The notes beneath the pieces are model-generated. The model was not told the origin of the DNA and did no database searches. It worked only from the letters and a program-made list of their open reading frames with translations. The translations under genes were made by a program, and so were the position numbers. A DNA stretch of 64,000 bases, from contig NC_042997.1 of NCBI RefSeq assembly GCF_006345805.1, positions 91,016,001-91,080,000 of the forward strand. Reading direction: 5' to 3'. Position 1 is the first letter of the stretch. The number at the start of each line of letters is the position of its first letter. Source of the stretch: Octopus sinensis (Eukaryota). Below, piece by piece: positions 14,054 through 24,611 of this stretch.

Positions 14054-16299
14054 CAAAATCAATGTGAAATTCGATGACGGGCACGAGCATGATCGTTGAC
14101 AGAGCGGCTAACTGGCTTCCGTGCCAGTGGCACATAAAAAGCACTATTTGAGTGTGATCATTACCAACTTCGCCTTACTGGCACCTGTGCCCGTGCTAGT
14201 AGGGTGCTAAGAACACCATCTGAGTATGATCGTTGCCAGAGTGGCTAACTGGCTTCCGTGCCAGTGCCATGTAAGAGGCACCATTTGAGTGGGATCATTA
14301 CCAGTATCGCCTTACTGGCACTTGTGCTGTTGGCATGTGTAAAAAAAAAAATTCAAGCAAGGTCGTTGCCAGTACCGCCTGACTGGCTCCCGTGCCGGTG
14401 GCACATAGAAGCACCCACTACCCTCTCGGAGTGGTTGGCATTAGGAAGGGCATCCAGCTGTAGAAACTCTGCCAGATGAAGACTGGAGCCTGGTGCAGCC
14501 ATCTGGTTCGCCAGCCCACAGTTAAACCGTCCAACCCATGCTAGCATGGAAAGCGGATGTTAAACAACGACGATGATGATGGTGATATATATATATATAT
14601 ATATCAGCTAAGTTTTAGTAAGTAGATAAAAGGCAGGACCCTATTGCCATCAGGTAAATGGCCATGCTTGATACACAGAGAAGTAATAGGGAGGAGTTCC
14701 ATATGGTGTACATTAAGTAAACTATGGGTGTACAAGAGATTTACTAGAACTACAGACAACTTGTTTGTAAATAAAGACATTGAATATGCCAAATGTACAG
14801 TAATAGTTAGCAGTTAGAGAACTGCTAAACTATCTTCTTTTCAATGTTTGGAAGTTTCAAAAGAAGCAGTTGATAGTGTCTATATCCAGAGCAGTGGAGG
14901 TGGGTGCCTTGAAAGCATAATAACCAGAATAAGGCAGGGTGTACAATGTTTAGGAACTCTGCTGCTTCTGCTGACATGAAGGGAAAGTCTCTCTTCAAGT
15001 GAAAGGTAGGTTGTGTGTGAAGTGTGATTATACACGATAGTGAAACGTGGGCACTAAACACATGTGCAAAGGTTGGAGAGAAATAAAGCAAGCATGCTCT
15101 CTTGGACATGTGATACATATAAGGAGAGAGATAAATCTAGGTACAAGTGGAAGGCCAAGAAAGATATAGGGAGAAGTGGTAGAGGCTTGCTTCCTAACCA
15201 CATGGTTCCAGGTTCAGTCTCACTGCATGGCACCTTGGGCAAGTGTCTTCTACTATAGCCTCAATCCCAACCAAAGCCTTTTGAGTGGATTTGGCAGATG
15301 AAAACTGAAAGAAGCTTGTGGTATGTATACACACACATACATATGTATATCTGTGTGCGATACATATGAAGAGAGAGATAAATTTAGGTACAAGTGGAAG
15401 GCCAAGAAAGACATGGGGAGAAGTGGCAAAAGTTGATCTCAGGATATTGTACCTCACATAAAAAATGACAAAGAACACATCAATTAGACACTGTATAAGA
15501 AAGGAGCCAGCCAAACCATGGTAACTAAGAAATGAAGACAAAAATGAGGAAGATATTACACATGTTTCATAAGTATCTTCTCTAGCAACATTAGATTGTC
15601 TTTTTTTAGCAAATGGGGCCACATCTTCATCATCATTTAATGCCCACATTTCCATGCTAGCATGAGTCTGATATCATTTGCCAAACTTGTTTTGGAAGAT
15701 TGGAAGCAAAGGATACCACTTGCATAATGATGACACTTGCTTACAACTGTCACATGAAGTCAAATCAAGGAGACAGTAACACACTCACGCACAACACACA
15801 TGTACAAACACGCGCACACACACACACAGGTGTAGTTATGGCTGTATAGTAAGAAGCTTGTTTCCTAACCACATGGTTCTAGGTTCAGTCTCATTGCATG
15901 GCACCTTGGACAAGTTACTTCTACTATAGCCCTATAGCCTTGGACCAACCAAAGCCTTGTGAATGGATTTGGTAGACGGAAACCAAAAGAAGCCAGTCAT
16001 GTGTGTGTGTGTGTGTATATATAAAGTAGGTTTATAGTTATTCAACTATCTCTTTTGCATTCATATATTAACAGTTTAGATCTTAATTATTAAAAAATAT
16101 GACACCATTATTCTATGCTAATTTAGTTAATTGTAAGATAGAAATTTAAATGTAATGTTTTAAAAGAAATTTGAAGTGCCTATGTTATAACTGTAAACCT
16201 ACTTTTGGGCCAAACTGTAAATACACATACACACACACACACACACACATATATCTGTGTGTGATACATGTCTATATATATATATGTGTGCTCTACAGA

Positions 16300-17925
16300 T
16301 GCCATATCTCTGGACAAGCTGATTCCACAGACATGGTCCTTTACGAAGAAGAGAGAACTCTTTCCGGGGTGCCTGGCAACATCTCTGGGCTCACGCCTGC
16401 GGCTTGCATGTATGCCGTGGTGCCCTCCTACTCAATTGGGCATTAGAAAGTCACTCACTCCAGTGCCATCCATTTTCAGGGCCGGTCGATTTGGCAGGTA
16501 AGTTGTTACACCCACCTGAGTGGATTCTGACTTCTGTGGCCACCATCCTGCTGTCTATATTGACCGACATCCTTTTAGGGATCTAATGGGCAGAGCACAG
16601 GGCACCTTAGCCGGACTTTCAGTTCATCCCACATCTCCAGTTCTGCTTACCAAAAATGGCCCACTTGGTACCGTGCATTTGTCGTGTCACAATGGCTACA
16701 ATATACCACCACTTCCGATCGGGAGAGAAGCAGCCTGTTTCACTCATTCTGAGTTCGAGAGTAGATTGAGGTCATCATTGTCCCCAGGGCCTCCAGTTGT
16801 TTGCTTTACCAGACGGAATTACTTGTCATTCTCCCACTAATGCCAGCTATCCTCAGGGGAACTTCAGAGGGAACCAGCTACTAGATGGCCTGATTGGTCT
16901 TTCACCCCTACACCCAGTTCCAGCAATCGATTTGCATGTCAGAAGCATTTTGGACTTCCACCAGAGTTTCCTCTAGCTTCATCTCAACCTGGTGTGGATC
17001 GCCATATTTCAGGTCCCTGGCCGGCTGCTACACCTGAGTTGGAATGAGAACATGAATGCATGGAACTGAGCTGGGAATGATGCCCATAGATGCCATGCAG
17101 ACTGATGCGTGCAATGTGTCATGTTCTCATTTTCGCTGTGCTGTCAGAGTTTACAAAGTGAAAGGCTCCAACAACTTGCAGTTGACTCATTGTGTCATAC
17201 TTGCTGCAGGCGAGGTTCATTAGCCTGTCTTTGTCAGTTAGCTATGCCTGCGCTTTCATGGAACGATGAGCCTGGTCGAGGGAAGTGTGTCACTCCAGCT
17301 GCTGGTCAGCTGGCAGTAGTGGGGCATTGCCCTGTGACCTGCGGATGCTACGTGCCTACCGGCCTAAAAGGAGATGGTCGTGATGATGGATCAGAGGGGA
17401 AGTACGTGCAATACCAGCGTCCCACAATGAGTGATTCTACCCATTTACCCTTGGGCGGTCTCATGGTCTCTTGAACTCTCTCTCCAAAGTTCTTTTCAAC
17501 TTTCCCTCATGGTACTTGTTGGCTATTGGACTCGTCCCCGTATTTAGCTTTGGATGGTACTTACCACCCACTTTGGTCTGTGTTCCCTAGCAACATGACT
17601 CTCGGACTGAAGTATATTGCCTATCACCGCCAGCTCCAAATGGGGTTGGTACTTGCTCTGGGTAGCCTTAATTGAGGGGACTCTGAACCTAGCCATGTGA
17701 ATCAATCAACTGTGCACGACCCTTGTGCATTAGCTCTTGATGACTGGCGTGGCTGACTAGATACGGCGTTGAGCTTCTCCCAGTTCACTTGCTTTACTTA
17801 CGAAATCGTGGTTGGTTTCTTTTCCTCCACTTATCAAGTAAAGACAAGACCAGCCTAAACTGTTAACCGTGAACAATGCTGCCCTTAACTCAAACAAGAC
17901 TACCTGCCAAACTTAAGCATATTGA
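16300..17925 (-). pseudogene. 28S rRNA pseudogene, 5' half, decayed
   Basis: Reverse-complement matches to conserved LSU blocks: GCCAGCTATCCTnAGGGnAACTTCnGAGGGAACCAGCTACTAGATGG (about 16843-16888), CCATCCATTTTCAGGGC, CAGTTCTGCTTACCAAAA, TCTTGAACTCTCTCTnCAAAGTTCTTTTCAACTTTCCC and GGTTnGTTTCTTTTCCTCC. Many substitutions and deletions. Confidence 0.93.
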
Positions 17926-18387
17926 GCACAAAGATCCACAGAACAAATGCCAACCAATGGCAGTGGCCATGGAAGGGAGACAACAGGAAGGAAAAGGGAG
18001 GAGAGGACAAGACGACTGAGTGGCGGGCAGGGGCACTTTCGGGTGGTACTGTGTGAGGCCTCTATCACTTTCATTCATCATTGTTTGTGCGTGTAGCCTC
18101 GCTGTTTCTTGGTGTATTTGCTGTGCTCCATTGTGTATCTGTCACACTTTGAGGAATGCGGACGTCTTAACAATGACGGTCTGGCATGGTAGGAGCTGGA
18201 GGATCAAGTGGCATGCACTAGTTGGACTGGAAGAAGAAGGAAGGGCTGCGGTGGTGAGCAGTCTGGATGGTACTGTCTGTCACCACTTCTTTTTCTTTTC
18301 CTTCTGCTAACCCCAACATGCCCTTTCCTGTGATTCTTGACACCCTGTCACTGCCAACAGCAGTGGCGGATGGCGTTTTTGTGTTGT
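17926..18387 (-). pseudogene. ITS2-derived spacer of the rDNA pseudogene
   Basis: GC-richer unique sequence lying exactly between the 28S 5' end and the 5.8S 3' end, in the expected order. Assigned by position only. Confidence 0.7.
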
Positions 18388-18550
18388 GACCGCCTCTCAA
18401 TTGGACAGGACCCCAGAACAATGGGATCCTGAAGCTGCAATGTGCATTTGAGGTGTCAATGTTCACTGTGTCCTGCAGTTTGCATCGGTTCACACAGATA
18501 GCCGTACTCTTTATCGATGGACGAGCCGAGTGATCTCCAATCCAGGGTTT
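18388..18550 (-). pseudogene. 5.8S rRNA pseudogene
   Basis: The reverse complement reads ...GATCACTCGGCTCGTCCATCGATAAAGAGTACGGC...TGCAGGACACAGTGAACATTGACACCTCAAATGCACATTGCAGC, a decayed 5.8S. Confidence 0.9.
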
Positions 18551-19279
18551 CGGTAGTTACTGCTGCTGCTCCTACTACTACACTACTGAGTTGTGTATGT
18601 GTTTGTCCACCCATCACTACTTTACAACCGGTGTTGGTGTGTTTACATCACCATTACTTAGCAGCTCAGCCAAAGAGACTGATAGAATAAGAACATGGTT
18701 TAAAAAATAAGTCCTGGGGTCGATTTGTTTGACTAAGACCCTTCAAGGTGGTGCTCCTGCATGGCTGCAGTCAAAATGACTGAAACAAGTAAAAGAATAA
18801 AAAAATACACACACACACAAATGACAGGTTTCTTTCAGTTTCTGTCTACCAAATCAACTTACAAGTGTTTGGTTGGCCTGGGACAATAGTAGGTGACACT
18901 TGCCCAAGGCACCATGCAGTGGGACTGGACCTGAGACCATGTGGTTCAAAAAGCAAGCTTCTTACTACACAGTCACACCTGTGCCTGCCATAAATGAAAT
19001 TATTTGCTATTGCTTAATTATGGAACAATTATGGACCAATGGAAGCAACCAAATATTCTTACTTAGAAGCTATGTTAAAAATCTCTATTCTCTGTTCCAT
19101 ACATTGAGGATGTAGTCACTCATCTACACTTAGAAAACTTTGAGAAATGTGGAACTATTATTAAATATCTACAATTCCCAGCATATATTGAGTGCTACTT
19201 TTTCTTTGACTCCCTGCTATTACACACACACACTTTATTAGGTGATAACTCACTTAATTTTCATTTCTTTTTAGAATTA

Positions 19280-19830
19280 ACCAAAGCAAATTAGAAATAA
19301 TGAAGGAAACCAGACTAAGCTTTGAACAAAGGCAAGTCATCCTAAAGTGCTACTGCAAGTTTTTAAATGCATTTCAAGTGCAAGACAATAAAGGAAGGAG
19401 TTTCAAAACAAATCCACCCATGCAACTTATCACCAGTTGAATTAGAGATAATTTTGAAGCAGATGGAATTGTTCAGAATGTCCTCAAGAAACATTCTAGA
19501 AGGCAGCAAACATCAATGAGCCCCATAAAGCAAGAAAGGGTTCTAGAAACATATTGCCAGAGTCTAAGAAAATCTGTATAGCAAATGAGACATGAGACAG
19601 GAATTTCAAAATGAAGCAAGACGAACATTTTGAAGTGCTGTGATTGGAAAAGTTACATCCCAAAAGTCCATGCTCTCAATGAAGATAATCTGCACCAAAA
19701 AATTAAATGTTTCAAGTGGTACTTGGGAAGATGTGTAGAAGATGCACACTTTCCAACATAGACTTGATGAATTGATGAGGTAACATTTAAGTTAAATGGC
19801 TCAATTACCCAAGGTCCAGATTTGGCTGTA
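19280..19830 (+). mobile_element. Tc1/mariner transposase relic (N-terminal HTH to first catalytic Asp)
   Basis: Broken frames give [40 protein letters not shown] and IDEVTFKLNGS. No TIRs identified. Confidence 0.7.
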
Positions 19831-19963
19831 TGATTAGAAATTTGCTTCTTAACCACATGGTTCCAGGTTCAGTCCCATTGTGTGGCACCTTGAGTCTTTT
19901 TTCACCTCAGGTTGACCAAAGCCTTGTGAGTAGATTTGGTAGATGGAAACTGAAAGAAGCCCA

Positions 19964-20006
<43 letters not shown>

Positions 20007-21289
20007 AAATAAGAAAATGGAGAAATACATCCAAATCAAATATTAATTACCAGATAATACCCAATCACATACTTTATTAAACCACCACATAAGAAACTTT
20101 AAGGTCAAACATAATAATATAGAACAAAACAGTGTACATAAAGGAGTAATGTACCACAATCTAATGACAGAAACATTTAAAAGATAAAGATAACCACCAC
20201 AATTGCACCTACTGGGAACCTTAGAAGTTGCATATTAAGGAGGAGCATCATGTTAATTTATCAGGAATTACAGTATGGTGCAGCTTATTATCAAAAGGGC
20301 TAATTGAACCATTCTTTTTTTGTTGGTACTTTGATTTAGTAAAAACCTTAAATAATTACCCTTTCTACTATAGGCACAAGGTCTAAAATTTTTGGGTGGG
20401 GGCTAGTTGATTACATCAGCCTCAATGTTTCACTGGTACTCAATTTATCAACCCCAAAAGGATGAAAGACTAAGTTGACTCTAAATAATAACAAGTAAAG
20501 ACAAGACCAGCCTAAACTTACCACCCACCTTCATTCTTTTGTGAAATAAAAGTTGATACACTTAATTACTAAGGTATTAAATACTGGACTTTGTACCTTT
20601 TGTAGAAGACCTGTTGTCACCCATGCATACCAGTCTCCTCTCTCTCCATATCACTGATGTTGTTCAAGGGAAAGTCAAAAGTGCATGGTTCAGTGGTCAG
20701 AGTGTTGGGCTTGCAATTGTCAGGTTGCAAGTTTGATTCCTGGACTAGGCTGTGTGTTGAGAAAGACACTTTATTTTACATTGCTTCAGTTCGCTCAGCT
20801 GTAGAAATGAATTGGAACGTCACTGGTGCCAAACCATACATACATACATATATAGCATCATCATTGTTTAATGTCTGTTTTCCATTCTGGCATGGGTTGG
20901 CTGGTTTGACATGGATGGAGCTGTCCAGACTCTAATTGTCTGTTGTGGCATGGCTTCTATGGCTGGATGCCCTTTCTAAGCCAACCACTTAACAGAATGT
21001 ACTGGGTGCTTTTTACATGTCACTGGCACAAGTGTGTTTACGCAGCACTGATATGGGTGCTTTTATGAGGCACTGGTACCTGTATGTATGGAAGGAAGAT
21101 ATAATAGCCAATATAAATGTTGGTTGCTTGAGTCTTCAGTCACTCTTGACGTTCTATAGAAAGAGATGAGAGAGTGAAAGAATGATAGTTACTGCAAGAG
21201 GTGCAGGATATGTGTACATACTAGGCTTGAAAACAGGTAATGAGTACCAACGAAAGAGAAAGAACCATAGAGATTCAGGAAAAAGATTA

Positions 21290-21615
21290 AATGACAGTAA
21301 TTATGGAAGGAGTTATACAAAGAAGTCCACTTAATTTTATTTTATTTTAAAGTAATAAATATTTTCCTTTTGAAAATGTGTGTTCATTTCCTATAAGATG
21401 TCACTTAACAAGTTATGCACTAGTACCCACACACATACTTTTCTTGGACTATTGTTTTCCTTTTCTCCTGACCTTTCCTCTTTCTGATGAAGAGGCATGC
21501 TCAAAGCGTCACACCACCTCTTTTTTCCATCTTAAACTGAGCATCAACTTAATACATTCACTGTTTACATCCTTTTGTTGTCTGTATTTTCATATTTTAT
21601 TTACCTGTGTATAAA
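21290..21615 (+). mobile_element. Penelope-like terminal repeat fragment with degenerate hammerhead core
   Basis: CTGATGA-AGAGGCATGCTC-AAAGCGTC at 21484-21510. The downstream sequence resembles the 45960-46135 element. Confidence 0.45.
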
Positions 21616-22959
21616 TGTGTGTGTGTGTGTGCGTGCATGCTTTTCTTTTATCTTTCACTTGTTATCGTCATTAGACTGCAGTCATGTTAGGACATTATCT
21701 CAAAGGGGTTTAGTGGAACAAAATCAACTTCACTAATTACTTTTTTAAAGCTTGATACTTATTCTATCGATTTTATTTTTGCCGAACCACTAAGTAACAG
21801 GAATGTAAACAAACCAACACTGGTTGTCAAGTGGCTGTAGGGTGACAAATACAAAAACACACATACAACCACCCCCACACACACACACACATATATATAT
21901 ATGGAAAAAAAGTCAAGATAGAAAATGCTAAAATAATTTTATAAAAAACATTTCAGTACCGGTTTCAGTCATTGAGACTTTTTGAACTGTAAGTATGGAA
22001 AACAATTACATTTTGGAAAAATTAAAATAAGTTTTTTTTTAAAGAATATTTGCATAGTATTCAAATACAAGGGGCATTTTCCTTGTTTCTGTCTCTCTTG
22101 TAGGTTCGAGGTTATATGTAGACACACACACACACATATATAGGACGGGCGTCTTTCAGTATCGGTCAACTAAATCCACTCACAATGCATTGGTCAGCTC
22201 GAGGCTATAATAGAAGACACTTACCTAAGGTGCCACGCATTGGGATTGAACCCCAAAACAGGTGGTTGGGAACCAAACTTTTTACTACACCATCACATGT
22301 ATATAAATATGTGTAAATTGCCGCAGTCTAATAACTGAAACAAGTAAAAGATAATATATATCTGTATTATGTGTGTATGTGTTTTATATTGCAAATAGTA
22401 CACACACATATCTCTCTTTTTCTGTGTGTGTGTGTATATTTGTATGAGATTCTAGGCCCTTGATTTATTCTAAATTCTGTCGATAAAAGTAGTAGTAGTA
22501 ATGTATACATATCTGTTTACTATGTAATGTATCTATGATATATACATTATATGTATGTATATTTATACACACAATCACAAATATACGTATATGTGTGTAT
22601 ACATATAACGTATTTATATATACACATGCAGCGGATATATATATATATATATATATATAGTGTGTGTGTGTGTATTGTTCAGAAGTTATGTCGAAACTGC
22701 GTTAGTATTATTCGATGGCAGATCAAATCTGTGTATTTAGATTATTTACATTGTAAAATGAGTATCCTTCGATTGTTGTGTCATGGGTCATACATTTCTA
22801 TTGTTACTTATTAGATCATATGAACATTAAATTAGGTGGAATTATTGAAATGTTGTGGAAATATATTTAAATATATGAGTATTTAGAAGCGCGTTCCTAT
22901 AACCAACTAACTCTTAAGAGATCAGCTTTGAAAGTAAAATACGTACATACACACCTATT

Positions 22960-22995
<36 letters not shown>

Positions 22996-23239
22996 AATAA
23001 AGGAAACACATGGTAGATAGGCTAATAATAAACAACACATTCAGAAAAGTTGAACGTCATGCATTGAAATCGAGTCAAATGCTTTCAAAGGATAATATGA
23101 TTTTATTCGGGAACAATTCTTGAAAAAAAAATCGACCGAACATAGAAATAGCGGTATCGAATGTTTAGTTTCTTATGGCTGAAAAACAGTCCTGCTCAAC
23201 AAGCACGTAGAAGCAGCCATGTGATTTTTACCAACGTGG

Positions 23240-24544
23240 TGAAGGCGGGGCATCCGCAAGCTCCATGGTGATGACGTCAAAACAAGCTGCTATGATTGGA
23301 CAATGAGGTTGCCGATTGTACACATCAGGGTAGTAGCATTGGTCGATCCGGTAAGAGTTGTCTATCATTGCTCCACGTGTTCGCAGCGTCATCGGTGTTC
23401 TGTCATGTTTTGATGTGCTGCCGCCATGATACATTGTCTCTCATAAGACCATATAACATTGCTAGACATGGAATAATACAGATATACATCATAATCGAAG
23501 AAAATCTATACAAATTACATGAATACAAAAACATATACAGTCACGAAGGATACTCATTTTTGGCACTTGAGAGAGATATATATATACCCGAGAAGTGGGA
23601 GTGGGACGCACCTTACAGGCCACATGCTTATAGACTGGATTATACAAATCGTATTCATCTAGGAAAAAAAAAAGTGTCATGTTAATAGATGAATCGTGGA
23701 AATGAGAAATGAAAGGAAATACTAGACACTAATGTAAATTTAAAATCTCATGAAATAGTACGTCGGATGTTGAATACTTCCCACCCCATTTACGTTTGAA
23801 CTGATGGTATGTCGTATCTTCTGAAATATGTCGTATGAATGAGCAAATCCTACATAGCTTCTTTAGTCGTATAAATGCAATCGGTAGTTTACCGATCGAC
23901 ATAAAATGTGTTAAAATCAGGAGAATAAAAACAAAAAGAACGTAAGTGAAAGAAAAAGGAAATCAGTGTGATTGTTTCACACTTAGAAAGACAAAATCAG
24001 CCCATCCAACTTGTCCTGCTAGGAAGACCTAGCATTCTGTATTTTGTGTATTCTTTTCCATCTTTTCACGTGCTCCTTCTACATGTGTTTTTCTTGTTGC
24101 AAATATATAGCGTCTGCATTCTGGAGTAAGCAGCAGAGGCCATAATAGATGCACATCGATAACCTAATGCATCAGTAGCCTTATTTCATTATAAAATCAG
24201 ATCACAACGCGACGTGAGTTTATTGTCATTCCTATCATTACATTACCTTAGTCAATATTTGCCTTAAACAAGTCTTTTTATGTTTATATCAGTGATTCGA
24301 ACGTGAATATTGATTGCACAACTTACTCCGTCGGTAAAAAAAAAAAAAGAAAAAAAGACAAAGACAAAGCAAGTCGTGACGAGAAAAACACGTGACGGTG
24401 CACTCTCTTGACCGGAGAGGATTTACTAATTGCTGGGGAGGAGGGGAGAAGACATCTTGAGAAATCCAAGAGTCCTTTAAAAGTTTTTGGAAAGATCTGG
24501 AAACTACGGAGGCAAGCGAGAGTTGAGGAGAGAGACGGCAGGCT
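23240..24544 (+). promoter_or_regulatory. Putative MNT promoter / 5' UTR region
   Basis: CpG-retaining unique sequence with GC box GGCGGGG (23244-23250), CRE TGACGTCA (23272-23279), reverse CCAAT boxes ATTGG (23295-23299, 23338-23342) and CACGTG E-boxes (23374, 24067, 24389). TSS not determinable from sequence. Confidence 0.6.
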
Positions 24545-24611
24545 ATGAGTCTGGAGACGTTGTTGGCGGCGGCGGATTATGTGGAATGGAAATCTCGTGC
24601 CAAAGCACGTG
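24545..24611 (+). CDS. MNT: MNT coding exon 1 (Sin3-interaction domain)
   Basis: ATG at 24545 reads MSLETLLAAADYVEWKSRAKAR+G, matching the Mad/MNT SID motif (vertebrate MNT MSIETLLEAARFLEW). It ends at donor G|GTGAGT (24612); 67 nt, phase 1. Too short for the ORF track. Confidence 0.92.

Noticed and set aside
16300-18550. Functional rRNA genes
   Set aside because: Numerous substitutions in invariant blocks, deletions, an inversion, and no 18S or 28S 3' half.
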